This document shows positions 22,259 to 33,012 of a stretch of 48,119 nt of DNA, piece after piece (positions within the stretch are counted from its first letter, which is position 1; the number at the start of each line of letters is the position of its first letter). The stretch covers positions 1 through 48,119 of the forward strand of contig CAVCGV010000001.1 of assembly GCA_963601815.1 (NCBI GenBank), in the 5' to 3' direction. The notes beneath the pieces are model-generated. The model saw only the letters and a list, made by a program, of their open reading frames with translations. It did no database searches and had not been told where the DNA came from. The DNA comes from a bacterium. Lineage in GTDB: Bacteria > Bacteroidota > Bacteroidia > Bacteroidales > Bacteroidaceae. A program made the translations under genes and the position numbers.

Positions 22259-23620
22259 ATGATGATGAAGAAGAAAAGAGATTTAAGCAGAGACAAGATT
22301 GATTTCGGAACGGGCAAGATAGGTCCCTTGTTCCGGGCTTTGTTCTTCCCTACCCTTATCGGGATGGTGTTCATGTCACTACAGACCGTGATAGACGGCA
22401 TCTTTGTAGGACAGGGCGTGGGAGCCGACGGGATAGCCGCCGTCAACATTGTCGCCCCCTTATGGATGGTGGTTACGGGACTCGGACTGATGTTTGGTAT
22501 CGGAGCATCGGTAATCGGCGGCGTGCATCTTGCCGAAAAGAACGTGAAAGCAGCCCGCATCATCCTGACCCAATCATTCGGCGTAGGATTCCTCATCACC
22601 GTGCTCCTTTCCTTGTTCTGCCTTTGCTTCCCCACGACCGTAGTCTATGCGTTGGGGTGCAGCAAGTCCTTGGAGCACCTTTCCGTCGACTATCTGTTAG
22701 GATTGCTGCCTGGCATGGCCTTTCTCTTTTGGCAATGCGAGGGCATGATGCTGGTGCGCCTTGACGGTTCGCCCCGTTACGCCATGTGGATGCAGGTGGC
22801 AGGAGCCATCACCAATATCGCACTCGACTGGCTCTTCATCTTCCCTCTTGGCATGGGAGTGAAGGGAGCAGCCATCGCCACTGCCATTGCCTGCGGTGTA
22901 GGCGGTTTGATGTCATTAGTTTATTTCGTCTGGTTCTCTTCCTCGCTGAAGTTCTACCGTCTGAAGATGAGCCTCACCTCCCTGCTTCTCACCCTACGCA
23001 ACTTGGGCGACATGGCAAAGATAGGCTTTGCCACATTCCTCACAGAGATAGCCATGAGCATCACTATCCTGACGGGCAACTATCAGTTTATGAGGATGCT
23101 CCACGAAGACGGTGTTGCCGCCTTCGCCATCGTCTGCTACCTCTTCCCCGTCATCTTCTCCGTCAACAATGCTGTGGCACAAGCAGCCCAACCTATCATC
23201 AGTTACAACTATGGCGCTAAATTGGACGGGCGAGTGTCGCGCACATTGCATCTGTCTCTATGGACAGCCGTGACGTGCGGCATCATCGTGATGCTGACAA
23301 TGTTTGTCGGGACAGAAAAGATAGTGGGAATGTTCTTGCGCCCGGAGGAAAACGCTTACGGGATAGCGACAAGCGGACTGCCCTGGTTTGCTTCGTGCAC
23401 GGTATTCTTTGCGCTCAACGTAGCTTTCATCGGTTATTATCAGAGCGTAACAAACGCCAGCCGTGCCATTGCGTATACAATATTGCGAGGCATCATCTTC
23501 CCGTTGGCCACCTTCATGGTGCTGCCTTCTTTCATCGGTGCAAACGGATTGTGGCTCGCTATCCCGGCAGCAGAACTGGCAACCATGCTCATCATCGTCA
23601 CCCTACATTTACGCAAGTAA
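22259..23620 (+). CDS. MATE family efflux transporter (MepA-like)
   Basis: IDGIFVGQGVG, NIALDWLFIFPLGMGVKGAAIAT, QPIISYNYGA, GLWLAIPAAE; multi-TM. Confidence 0.95.
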   Translation: MMMKKKRDLSRDKIDFGTGKIGPLFRALFFPTLIGMVFMSLQTVIDGIFVGQGVGADGIAAVNIVAPLWMVVTGLGLMFGIGASVIGGVHLAEKNVKAARIILTQSFGVGFLITVLLSLFCLCFPTTVVYALGCSKSLEHLSVDYLLGLLPGMAFLFWQCEGMMLVRLDGSPRYAMWMQVAGAITNIALDWLFIFPLGMGVKGAAIATAIACGVGGLMSLVYFVWFSSSLKFYRLKMSLTSLLLTLRNLGDMAKIGFATFLTEIAMSITILTGNYQFMRMLHEDGVAAFAIVCYLFPVIFSVNNAVAQAAQPIISYNYGAKLDGRVSRTLHLSLWTAVTCGIIVMLTMFVGTEKIVGMFLRPEENAYGIATSGLPWFASCTVFFALNVAFIGYYQSVTNASRAIAYTILRGIIFPLATFMVLPSFIGANGLWLAIPAAELATMLIIVTLHLRK

Positions 23621-23662
23621 ACGGTTCTACGCTATTTGGGCAATTCCTATAGGTGGGATTTC

Positions 23663-23692
23663 TTAGGAGGTACGGCGACCTTGCCGTACCCA
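23663..23692 (+). repeat. REP-like palindrome, inverted partner of 21952-21981
   Basis: TTAGGAG-GTACGGCG-ACCT-TGCCGTAC-CCA. Confidence 0.85.
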
Positions 23693-23775
23693 CAGCTTAC
23701 TATGTCTGAAGATCCATTTTTCGCATAATGTGGTTTTTGCATACAATAATATCGGGGAATACTCGTTATTAGAGT

Positions 23776-24714
23776 GTGAATAGACGTATTATCATACTTT
23801 GCCTGACGCTGTTTATGGGTGTGCTCGGCGCAAAAGCGCAGTACGACCCGTCGTTCAGCCATTATTTCGACATGGAGCCATCGTTTGACCCGGCTGCTGT
23901 CGGAAAGCAGTCGCAACTGAATGTGGCAGCAGCATACGCCTTGAGCATGGTAGGCTACGAGAACAGTCCCAAAACGCTGTATGCGGCAGCCGACATGCCT
24001 TTCTATCTGTTCAAAAACTACCATGGCGGCGGCGTGCAACTACTTAGCGACCAAATAGGTCTGTACACCAACCAGCGGCTGGCCCTGCAGTACGCCTTTA
24101 AGCACAAACTGTTTGGCGGCATGATGAGCGTCGGCATACAGGGCGGTTTCATCTCGGTGAGTTTTGACGGCAGCAAACTGGATGCGGAAGAGAGCAACGA
24201 CCCGGCTCTGCCCAAATCGAAAGTGAACGGAAACACCTTCGACCTTGGCGCAGGCTTGTATTACACACATGGCGCATGGTACGCCGGCATTTCGGCCCAG
24301 CACCTCACTTCCCCGACTGTCAACATGGGCGAAACGAACGAATTTTCCATCTCTCCGATGTATTATTTGACGGGTGGATACAATATTAAGTTAAGAAATC
24401 CGTTTTTAACAGTAAAGCCGTCGGTGCTGGTAAAGAGCGACGGTGTGGCATGGCGCGGCGACATTACCTGTCGCCTTGTATATAACCACGAGAAGACCAT
24501 GTTCTATGGCGGCGTTACCTATACACCCACCACTTCTGTTACCGGACTGTTAGGCGCCAAGTTCCATGGGGTGGTGATAGGCTACAGCTACGAGTTCTAC
24601 ACATCGGCTCTCTCGGCAGGCAACGGCAGCCACGAACTGTATGTGGGGTATCAGACAGACATCAACCTTGTGAAAAAAGGAAGAAACAAGCACAAGAGTG
24701 TCAGAATACTCTAA
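23776..24714 (+). CDS. porP: T9SS membrane protein PorP/SprF family
   Basis: Signal peptide, AQYDPSFSHY...DPAAVG, GSHE near C-terminus; directly before porK. Confidence 0.9.
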   Translation: MNRRIIILCLTLFMGVLGAKAQYDPSFSHYFDMEPSFDPAAVGKQSQLNVAAAYALSMVGYENSPKTLYAAADMPFYLFKNYHGGGVQLLSDQIGLYTNQRLALQYAFKHKLFGGMMSVGIQGGFISVSFDGSKLDAEESNDPALPKSKVNGNTFDLGAGLYYTHGAWYAGISAQHLTSPTVNMGETNEFSISPMYYLTGGYNIKLRNPFLTVKPSVLVKSDGVAWRGDITCRLVYNHEKTMFYGGVTYTPTTSVTGLLGAKFHGVVIGYSYEFYTSALSAGNGSHELYVGYQTDINLVKKGRNKHKSVRIL

Positions 24715-24856
24715 ACAGGCATACACCTCCAGGCGTCCTATACATATATAATGATGTCCTATATATAAAATAAGGTGTAAACAAAGACAAAACGGACAAC
24801 TGCCAACGGGAGTGGACACACAAGCTAACAACAAGAAAACAAGACTAAAGAAAAAT

Positions 24857-26317
24857 ATGAGAAAAAGTATATTTTACCTCTGCTCGGCCATTGCAGTACT
24901 GACACTGACAGGCTGCTTCGGAGCAAAGTCCTCATCCATGTCTGGACGCGGAGGCGAAGTGGTAGGTGTAGGAGGCAGAAGTTTTACGGAGCCTTCACCA
25001 TACGGCATGGTAAAGGTAAACCGCGGTTTCCTGCACATGGGTCTGGAAACGAACGACTCGCTCTGGGGGCAGAGCACGCCGAAGAAGGACATCTCTGTAG
25101 ACGGATTCTGGATGGACGATACGGAGATAACCAACTCGGAATACAAACAGTTTGTGGCATACGTACGCGACTCCATCATACGCACACGTCTCGCCGACCC
25201 AGCCTATGGCGGTGACGAGACCTACATGATTACGGAAGACAAGCACGGCGACCCCGTTACGCCCCACCTCAACTGGAAGAAGCCACTGCCACGCAAACCC
25301 AACGAGGACGAGCAGCGTGCCATACAGAGCGTTTACACATCGAACCCCGTGACAGGCGAAAAGTTGATAGACTGGAAACAGCTCAACTATAAATACGAGA
25401 TATACGACTATACAGCAGCGGCTCTGCGCCGCAATCGCATCAATCCACAGGAGCGCAACCTCAACACGGACGTTACCGTAGACGCCAACGAGGTAGTGAT
25501 GATATCCAAGGACACAGCCTATATAGACGACGAGGGACGTATCGTAACACAAACCATCAACCGACCGCTGAGCGGTCCGTGGGACTTCCTCAACACCTAC
25601 ATCGTCAATGTATACCCCGACACCACGTGCTGGGTCAACGACTTCAAGAACTCGGACAACGAAACTTATCTGCGCAGCTACTTCAGCAATCCTGCATACA
25701 ACGACTACCCCGTGGTGGGAGTGACCTGGGAACAGGCCAATGCCTTCTGCGCATGGCGTACCGACTACCTGCTGAAGGGACTTGGCCCAGAAGCCCGTTT
25801 CGTACAGCGTTACCGACTGCCTACTGAGGCAGAATGGGAATTTGCAGCACGTGGCAAAAACCAGAACGAATTCCCTTGGGAAAACCAGGACGTGAAGAAC
25901 GGAGACGGATGTTTCTACGCCAACTTCAAGCCCGACCGCGGCAACTACACCAAGGACGGCAACCTGATAACAAGCAAGGTGGGCATCTACTCAGCCAACA
26001 GTAACGGACTCTATGACATGGCGGGCAACGTGGCAGAATGGACAAGCACGGTATATACCGAAGCAGGCGTGGACGCCATGAACGACCTGAACCCTACCCT
26101 GGTGTACAATGCCGCCAAGGAAGACCCTTACCGACTAAAGAAAAAAAGCGTGAGGGGCGGTTCGTGGAAAGACCCAGAATCATTCATCCGCTCGGCTTGG
26201 CGATCATGGGAATACCAAAACCAGCCAAGGTCGTACATCGGATTCCGCTGTGTACGAAGCCTCGCCACCACATCCAGTGCCAAACAGAAACCCGCCAAGA
26301 TAAAGAAAAGCAAATAA
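24857..26317 (+). CDS. porK: T9SS lipoprotein PorK/GldK (FGE-sulfatase fold)
   Basis: Lipobox LTGC, RLPTEAEWEFAARG, GLYDMAGNVAEW, RGGSW, IGFRCV. Confidence 0.93.
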   Translation: MRKSIFYLCSAIAVLTLTGCFGAKSSSMSGRGGEVVGVGGRSFTEPSPYGMVKVNRGFLHMGLETNDSLWGQSTPKKDISVDGFWMDDTEITNSEYKQFVAYVRDSIIRTRLADPAYGGDETYMITEDKHGDPVTPHLNWKKPLPRKPNEDEQRAIQSVYTSNPVTGEKLIDWKQLNYKYEIYDYTAAALRRNRINPQERNLNTDVTVDANEVVMISKDTAYIDDEGRIVTQTINRPLSGPWDFLNTYIVNVYPDTTCWVNDFKNSDNETYLRSYFSNPAYNDYPVVGVTWEQANAFCAWRTDYLLKGLGPEARFVQRYRLPTEAEWEFAARGKNQNEFPWENQDVKNGDGCFYANFKPDRGNYTKDGNLITSKVGIYSANSNGLYDMAGNVAEWTSTVYTEAGVDAMNDLNPTLVYNAAKEDPYRLKKKSVRGGSWKDPESFIRSAWRSWEYQNQPRSYIGFRCVRSLATTSSAKQKPAKIKKSK

Positions 26318-26332
26318 CATCATATTACAACA

Positions 26333-27196
26333 ATGCCAGAATACAGTAAATTTAACATAGTCTACCGTCTGCAGAAGTGGATGGACAGTGTACCGGGGCA
26401 GACATTCCTGAATTATGCCTACAGTTGGGGTGCATCAGTCGTCATCCTGGGTACCTTATTTAAGTTGACTCACCTGCCGGGTGCCAACCTGATGTTGTTC
26501 TTGGGTATGGGCACCGAGGTATTCGTGTTCTTCCTTTCTGCCTTCGACCGGCCTTTCGACAAGACAGCCGACGGCATGGATATCCCAACACATGTAACAG
26601 AAGACTACCTCGATGGCGGCATGGTGCGCTACGGCAATACCGCTCCGGTATCTGCAGCACACGAAGAGGGTGGACAGACCATAGCCCAGCAGCCTATTCA
26701 GTTCGCCCAGACAAAGCAAGCAGGACAGGCTGCAGAGCCACAGGCTGAGCAAACGGTACATACACACGCTGCGCAAACCGTCCAAACAGGGCAGCCCGCA
26801 CAGGAAGGACCGGTTGTTCTGCAACCTGCCCAGTCGGCATGGACAGACGGACAGCAACAGGTAACTGCCGAGATGGCCGAAGCCCAGGACAACTACGTGG
26901 AAGAACTGAAGAAGCTTGTGGAAACCCTCGAGAAGGTGAACGAGCAGAGCAGCCGTCTGACACGCGACAGCGAAGAGATGGAGAACCTCAACCGCACGCT
27001 GACTGGAATCAGCAAGGTGTACGAGATGCAGTTGAAGGGAGCCAGTCAGCAGATAGGCACCATCGACCAGATAAACGAGCAGAGCAGAAAGATGGCCCAG
27101 CAGATAGAGCAGCTCAACAAGATTTATACACGCATGATTGAGGCTATGACCGTCAACATGAGAGCCGCCGCACCTGGCATGAAAGGGGAAGAGTAA
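26333..27196 (+). CDS. porL: T9SS motor protein PorL/GldL
   Basis: YSWGASVVILGTLFKLTH, GMGTE (conserved Glu), C-terminal LNKIYTRMI. Confidence 0.93.
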   Translation: MPEYSKFNIVYRLQKWMDSVPGQTFLNYAYSWGASVVILGTLFKLTHLPGANLMLFLGMGTEVFVFFLSAFDRPFDKTADGMDIPTHVTEDYLDGGMVRYGNTAPVSAAHEEGGQTIAQQPIQFAQTKQAGQAAEPQAEQTVHTHAAQTVQTGQPAQEGPVVLQPAQSAWTDGQQQVTAEMAEAQDNYVEELKKLVETLEKVNEQSSRLTRDSEEMENLNRTLTGISKVYEMQLKGASQQIGTIDQINEQSRKMAQQIEQLNKIYTRMIEAMTVNMRAAAPGMKGEE

Positions 27197-27287
27197 AGAT
27201 TTCCTCCACTAAAAGATACATCCAGTAACGACGAAACAGCAACTGTTTCTGCAGATACGTTCTAAAGACAAAATTAACACAAGATAA

Positions 27288-28844
27288 ATGGCAATAAAGA
27301 AAAGACCTGTTTCCCCCCGCCAGAAGATGATCAACCTGATGTATGTCGTCTTGATGGCAATGCTCGCCCTGAACATCTCTACCGAGGTGCTCAACGGATT
27401 CTCTATCGTGGAGGAAAGTCTGAATCGCACCACCGCCAACTCTTCTGCCGAAAACAATGCGCTCTATGGCGACTTTGCCAGCCAGATGAAACAGAACCCG
27501 ACCAAGGTAAAGGAATGGTTCGACAAGGCTACGCAGGTAAAGGAGATGAGCGACTCGCTCTATAATTTTGCACAACATCTGAAGGAGGCCATCGTCAAGG
27601 AAGCCGACGGCAAAGACGGTAACGTGAACCATATAGAGAACAAGGACAATCTCGAGGCTGCGAGCATCGTGATGCTTGCACCCGGCACTGGCAAGGGCGA
27701 TAAACTCTACCGCGCCATCAACACATACCGCGACCGCATCCTGACTATGGTGACCGACGAACACCAGAAGAAGATCATCACCAGTAATCTCGCTACGGTA
27801 GTGCCGAAGAATGCCAAGACACTGGGCAAGAACTGGCAGGAATACATGTTCGAGAACATGCCGGTAGCCGCTGCCGTCACCCTGCTTTCCAAGTTGCAGA
27901 GCGACGTACGCTATGCCGAGGGAGAGGTGCTGCACACCCTGGTATCCAACGTGGACATGAAAGACATACGTGTCAACAAGCTCGACGCGTTTGTCATCCC
28001 CGAGAAGACTACGCTCTATCCCGGCGAGCGTTTCAATGCCAATATCGTGATGGCTGCTGTCGACACTACACAGCAACCCGAGATATATGTCAACGGTGTA
28101 CGTGTCAATACTCGTGGCGGAGCCTATTCGTTTACTGCCGGAGGTGTGGGCGACCATCAGTTTGGCGGTTACATCGTCATGCAGAATGCTAAGGGAGATG
28201 TTCTGCGCCGCAACTTCACCCAAAAGTACAGCGTTATCCCTGCCCCCAATACAGCTACCGTCGCAGCAGACATGATGAATGTGCTCTATGCCGGTTTCCA
28301 AAACCCCATCAGCATCAGCGTACCGGGCGTACCGGCCAACGCCATCTCCGCTTCTATGACTGGCGGCACATTCACGTCGAAGGGAAACGGACATTTCGTA
28401 GCCGTACCGTCGGCCGTGGGCAAGGATGTCACCATACATGTCACGGCACGCGACAAGGGACAGACGCGCACCATGCCGCCTTTCGTGTTCCACGTCAGGA
28501 AACTGCCCGACCCTACTGCATACCTTGCACTCGGCACCAACCGCTATAGAGGCGGTGCCCTTCCCAAAGCTTCGCTCATGGGAGCAACTGGCATACATGC
28601 TGCCATAGATGACGGGTTGCTCGACATACCTTTCAAAGTACTGAGCTTCGAGACGGTATTCTTCGACAACATGGGCAACGCAGTACCTCTGGCTTCTGCC
28701 GGTGCCAATTTCTCGGAACGCCAGCGTGAAGAATTCCGTAAGTTGTCACGCAACAGACGCTTCTACATTTCGCGCATCAAGGCGGTCGGTCCAGACGGCA
28801 TCACTCGCAACCTCTCTGCTGCTATGGAGGTTATCGTGAGGTAA
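27288..28844 (+). CDS. porM: T9SS motor protein PorM/GldM
   Basis: SPRQKMINLMYVVLMAMLALN, MNVLYAG..NPISISVPG. Confidence 0.95.
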   Translation: MAIKKRPVSPRQKMINLMYVVLMAMLALNISTEVLNGFSIVEESLNRTTANSSAENNALYGDFASQMKQNPTKVKEWFDKATQVKEMSDSLYNFAQHLKEAIVKEADGKDGNVNHIENKDNLEAASIVMLAPGTGKGDKLYRAINTYRDRILTMVTDEHQKKIITSNLATVVPKNAKTLGKNWQEYMFENMPVAAAVTLLSKLQSDVRYAEGEVLHTLVSNVDMKDIRVNKLDAFVIPEKTTLYPGERFNANIVMAAVDTTQQPEIYVNGVRVNTRGGAYSFTAGGVGDHQFGGYIVMQNAKGDVLRRNFTQKYSVIPAPNTATVAADMMNVLYAGFQNPISISVPGVPANAISASMTGGTFTSKGNGHFVAVPSAVGKDVTIHVTARDKGQTRTMPPFVFHVRKLPDPTAYLALGTNRYRGGALPKASLMGATGIHAAIDDGLLDIPFKVLSFETVFFDNMGNAVPLASAGANFSERQREEFRKLSRNRRFYISRIKAVGPDGITRNLSAAMEVIVR

Positions 28845-28962
28845 GAATGAAGAGATTGAATAGAGCCTTACGCTTCACCTACTCCTCCATAACAAGAAAG
28901 GAGACAGGAATTCTTCTGCAGGAGAAGACAGGCACATACATTATTATATATACAATACAGGA

Positions 28963-29997
28963 ATGGGATTGAAAAAAATATTTCTGCTTTTGGCAGTCGC
29001 AGCTTTTGCGCAGGGAATGGATGCCCAGCCAGAGGCACGCAGACAGGCTCAGCAAAAGGCCAAGCAGTCTAACGCCAACAACATGACAACACGTGCGCAA
29101 ATCATGTTCCCCACATCGGCTTCGATGGAAGAGGACGTGGTATGGCGACGTGACATTTATCGTGAGCTTGACCTGAACAACGACGCTAACGCTGCGCTCT
29201 ATTACCCAGTAGAACCTGTTGGCGGACAGATGAACCTGTTTACCTACATGTTCAAGCTCATGCTCAGCGGCAGGGTACGTGCCTACCAGTACAGGCTCGA
29301 CGGCAACGAGAGCTTCAATTACGAAGACAGGGTAGTGCCCAAGACATTCATGGACAACTATCACATCTACTACGAGCGCAAGAACGGTTCGCTTACTCTC
29401 GACGACAGCGACATTCCTTCACGTGAAGTGAAAGCATACTACGTTAAAGAGTCGTCTTATTTCGACCAGCGCACAGCCACTTTCCACACCAAGGTATTGG
29501 CTCTGTGCCCCATCATGAGCCGCGAAGACGATTTCGGAGACGCAGGAACCAAGTATCCGCTTTTCTGGATGAAATACGACGATCTGGCTCCTTACCTCAC
29601 CAAGCAGCAGATTATGACGAGCAATCTCAACAATGCTGCCACCATGAGCATCGACGACTATTTCGTGCGCAACCAGTATAAGGGCAAGATATACAAGACT
29701 ACCAACATGCTGGGCAAGACGCTGGCACAGTATTGTCCCACGGACTCTGCCATGGCCAAGGAGCAGAAACGAATAGAGGCGGAACTGGCAGCTTTCGAGA
29801 AGAACATCTGGGGCAACCAGGTCAAGAAGGATTCGCTTGACAGCATCGCCAACACCGGCGAGAAAGTTAAGACGACAAAGAAAAAGTCGCGCCGCGCATC
29901 AGGTTCCTCGTCTACAGTAAAGACACGCCGTGCCAAATCTTCAGCCTCATCTACCGGCAGCCAGGCAAGAGTGTCTGTCCGCAGAGAGAGACATTGA
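28963..29997 (+). CDS. porN: T9SS protein PorN/GldN
   Basis: DVVWRRDIYRELDL, NAALYYP, YPLFW; follows porM. Confidence 0.92.
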   Translation: MGLKKIFLLLAVAAFAQGMDAQPEARRQAQQKAKQSNANNMTTRAQIMFPTSASMEEDVVWRRDIYRELDLNNDANAALYYPVEPVGGQMNLFTYMFKLMLSGRVRAYQYRLDGNESFNYEDRVVPKTFMDNYHIYYERKNGSLTLDDSDIPSREVKAYYVKESSYFDQRTATFHTKVLALCPIMSREDDFGDAGTKYPLFWMKYDDLAPYLTKQQIMTSNLNNAATMSIDDYFVRNQYKGKIYKTTNMLGKTLAQYCPTDSAMAKEQKRIEAELAAFEKNIWGNQVKKDSLDSIANTGEKVKTTKKKSRRASGSSSTVKTRRAKSSASSTGSQARVSVRRERH

Positions 29998-30059
29998 AAG
30001 GTAAAAAAGTAAAAAGGAGAAGGCAAGAAAAGGATAGGTTAATAAATAATACAGATAGG

Positions 30060-30680
30060 ATGAAAAAGATTTTGATGATAATGATGACAGTCGTAGCCAT
30101 GATGACTGCCCAGCAAACCAATGCACAGGTAAAGTTTGGTGTGAAAGCCGGACTGAATGTCAACAGCATGTCGTTCGACAACAAGTTGTTTGACACCTCC
30201 AACAAAGAAGGTTTCTTCATCGGTCCAATGATTAAGCTTACAGTGCCTATTGTAGGCCTGAGCTTTGACGCTGCTGCTTTGTACAACCAGGCAAGAGCAA
30301 AGGTGGGATACAGCGAGAAATCGAACAATAAGACAACCCTTACCCAGAAGACGATAGACATACCTGTCAACGTGCGTTATGGCATAGGACTCGCCAAGGT
30401 GGCAAACATATTCCTCTTTGCCGGCCCGCAATGGGGCATCAACGTAGGCGACAAGGACTTCAAGTGGAACGACGGCAGCAGCTACTCGCTCAAGAGTTCT
30501 CTCTTTAGTGTAAACGTTGGTCTGGGTACCACTATTTTGGACCATCTTCAGATTACCGCCAACTACAATATCGGTTGTACAAAGTCGTCTGATGGCACCA
30601 TGATTTTAGACGACGGCAAGCGCGTAGAAGGCAGCAGCCACAGCAACTCCTGGAAGATAGCACTCGGCTATTGGTTCTGA
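30060..30680 (+). CDS. Porin-family outer-membrane beta-barrel protein
   Basis: Signal peptide, AQVKFGVKAGLN, C-terminal LGYWF. Confidence 0.85.
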   Translation: MKKILMIMMTVVAMMTAQQTNAQVKFGVKAGLNVNSMSFDNKLFDTSNKEGFFIGPMIKLTVPIVGLSFDAAALYNQARAKVGYSEKSNNKTTLTQKTIDIPVNVRYGIGLAKVANIFLFAGPQWGINVGDKDFKWNDGSSYSLKSSLFSVNVGLGTTILDHLQITANYNIGCTKSSDGTMILDDGKRVEGSSHSNSWKIALGYWF

Positions 30681-30684
30681 TAGC

Positions 30685-33012
30685 GTGAGTTACGTCGATG
30701 TCATATTACCTCTGCCCTTGCCGGGACTTTTTACTTATTCCATCCCTGATGAGTGGAAGGAGAAAGTAACTTTCGGCAAGCGGTTGCTTGTACCCCTCGG
30801 CAAGAGCAAGAAGTATATTGCATTGGCTATAAAACTACATGATGTCAAACCCACGTTTGACATCAAACCTCTGGAATGTGTACTTGATACGGAACCTTCG
30901 CTCATCGATACACAGTTCCGACTATGGACATGGATAAGCAATTACTACATGTCACCCATAGGAGATGTATACAATGCCGCTTTTCCGGCAGGACTGAAGT
31001 CTTTGGAGAAATACAAGCCAAAGACAGAACTGTACATTGCCCTGGCTCCCGCATACCGCAATCCACATGCGCTTCGTGCCGCTATCGCCATTATGGCAAG
31101 GGCGCCCAAACAGGCAAAAGTATTTTCTGACTATCTGCATATTTCGGGTTGGTCGGTCCTGTTGGAAGACCAACCGGAAGAAAGCATACCTTTGCAAGAA
31201 CCGTTTTATGACTTACAGGAAGGCGATGCCCCGTCCTTTGCCAAAGAGGTAACCCGTGAAGAGCTGATGAACGAGAGCCACTCCACATCAACCATAGTCA
31301 AGACGCTTACCGACCGGGGATTCCTGTACACCTACGAACGGGAAGTAGGAAGGCTGAACACTACCGGCGTTCCCCACTTCGACATTATCAAAGCACTTTC
31401 CCCGGCACAGCAAGACGCCTATAACAGCATCCTTATGCAGATGCTGAAGAAGGATGTCGTACTTCTTCATGGCGTTACATCGAGCGGAAAGACCGAAATA
31501 TACATCCACCTCATCAAGAAGGCTCTCGACGAGCACAAACAGGTATTGTATCTACTGCCCGAGATAGCTCTTACTGTTCAGATTATGGATCGGTTGCACA
31601 AGGTATTCGGCGACCGTCTCGGTATCTATCATTCAAAATACAGTGATGCTGAACGTGTGGAGATATGGCAAAAACAACTCTCCCCACATCCCTACGATAT
31701 TATCCTCGGTGCAAGAAGTGCCGTATTCTTGCCTTTCCAGAACCTCGGCCTTGTCATCGTAGACGAAGAACACGAGACCAGTTTCAAGCAACAGGACCCT
31801 GCTCCCCGATACCATGCCCGCAGCGCAGCCATCGTCCTTGCCAAGATGTATGAAGGGGCAAAGGTATTGCTGGGAACGGCAACTCCGTCTATGGAGAGTT
31901 ACTATAATGCAAGGCAAGGCAAGTACGGACTCGTGGAACTGAAGACCCGCTTCAAGGATATCCAGTTGCCTGAGATACAGGTGGTGGACGTAAAAGACCT
32001 GCGCCACCGCAAGATTATGAAAGGGACTTATTCCCCACAGTTGCTGGCAGCGGTAAGGGAGGCTCTGCAAAACGGAGAACAGGCTATCCTCTTCCAAAAC
32101 CGCCGGGGATTTGCCCCGATGATAGAGTGCAAGGTGTGCGGATGGGTTCCGAAATGCAAGAACTGCGATGTTTCGCTTACCCTGCACAAGAACATCAACC
32201 TCCTTACCTGTCACTATTGCGGTTACACCTATCCGGTGCCGACAGAATGTCCCAACTGCGGCAGTACAGAACTGATGGGGCGCGGCGTGGGTACGGAGAA
32301 GATAGAAGACCAGATAGCCGAGATTTTCCCCGAGGCACGCATAGCCCGTATGGATCTTGACACCACCCGTACGAGGAATGCCTACGAACGACTGATAGAG
32401 GATTTTTCTTCTGGCAAGACCAACCTTCTTGTCGGTACCCAGATGATAAGCAAGGGGTTGGATTTTGACAAGGTACGGGTGGTAGGTATTCTGAATGCCG
32501 ACTCCATGCTCAACTATCCCGACTTTCGTGCCTACGAACATGCATTCATGATGATGTCGCAGGTGAGCGGACGTGCAGGGCGCAAAGGCAAGCGAGGCTT
32601 GGTGTTTCTGCAGACAAAATCGCCCGAACTGCCTGTTATCTCGCAGGTGGTGCACAACGACTATGCCTCGTTCTACCAGGCTTTGCTGGAAGAGCGACGG
32701 ACATTCCATTATCCGCCTTTCTATCATCTCATATATGTCTACCTCAAGCACAAGCACGAGAAGGTGTGTCAACAGGCAAGCATAGAGTTGGGCAACACCC
32801 TTCGCGGCTGGTTCGGCCAACGCGTCCTTGGTCCCGACAAGCCTGCTGTGGCAAGGGTGAAGACAATGAATATCCGCAAGATTGTCATCAAGTTGGAGAA
32901 TGGCATCGACCAGAAGAAAGTGCGGGAATATTTGACTTTCGCCCAGCAACAAATGGCGAAAGACCCAAGATATGGGGCCTTACAGATATATTATGATGTA
33001 GACCCCTTGTAA
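30685..33012 (+). CDS. priA: Primosomal protein N' helicase
   Basis: GVTSSGKTE, DEEHE, four CxxC pairs, QVSGRAGR, DVDPL. Confidence 0.97.
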   Translation: MSYVDVILPLPLPGLFTYSIPDEWKEKVTFGKRLLVPLGKSKKYIALAIKLHDVKPTFDIKPLECVLDTEPSLIDTQFRLWTWISNYYMSPIGDVYNAAFPAGLKSLEKYKPKTELYIALAPAYRNPHALRAAIAIMARAPKQAKVFSDYLHISGWSVLLEDQPEESIPLQEPFYDLQEGDAPSFAKEVTREELMNESHSTSTIVKTLTDRGFLYTYEREVGRLNTTGVPHFDIIKALSPAQQDAYNSILMQMLKKDVVLLHGVTSSGKTEIYIHLIKKALDEHKQVLYLLPEIALTVQIMDRLHKVFGDRLGIYHSKYSDAERVEIWQKQLSPHPYDIILGARSAVFLPFQNLGLVIVDEEHETSFKQQDPAPRYHARSAAIVLAKMYEGAKVLLGTATPSMESYYNARQGKYGLVELKTRFKDIQLPEIQVVDVKDLRHRKIMKGTYSPQLLAAVREALQNGEQAILFQNRRGFAPMIECKVCGWVPKCKNCDVSLTLHKNINLLTCHYCGYTYPVPTECPNCGSTELMGRGVGTEKIEDQIAEIFPEARIARMDLDTTRTRNAYERLIEDFSSGKTNLLVGTQMISKGLDFDKVRVVGILNADSMLNYPDFRAYEHAFMMMSQVSGRAGRKGKRGLVFLQTKSPELPVISQVVHNDYASFYQALLEERRTFHYPPFYHLIYVYLKHKHEKVCQQASIELGNTLRGWFGQRVLGPDKPAVARVKTMNIRKIVIKLENGIDQKKVREYLTFAQQQMAKDPRYGALQIYYDVDPL

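Noticed and set aside
23776..29997. T9SS operon as a novel system or evidence of gliding motility
   Set aside because: porP-K-L-M-N is well described; no gliding-specific genes are in the window
27153..32952. Antisense ORFs of 481 aa (27153-28598) and 439 aa (31633-32952)
   Set aside because: Lie opposite porM and priA; shadow frames
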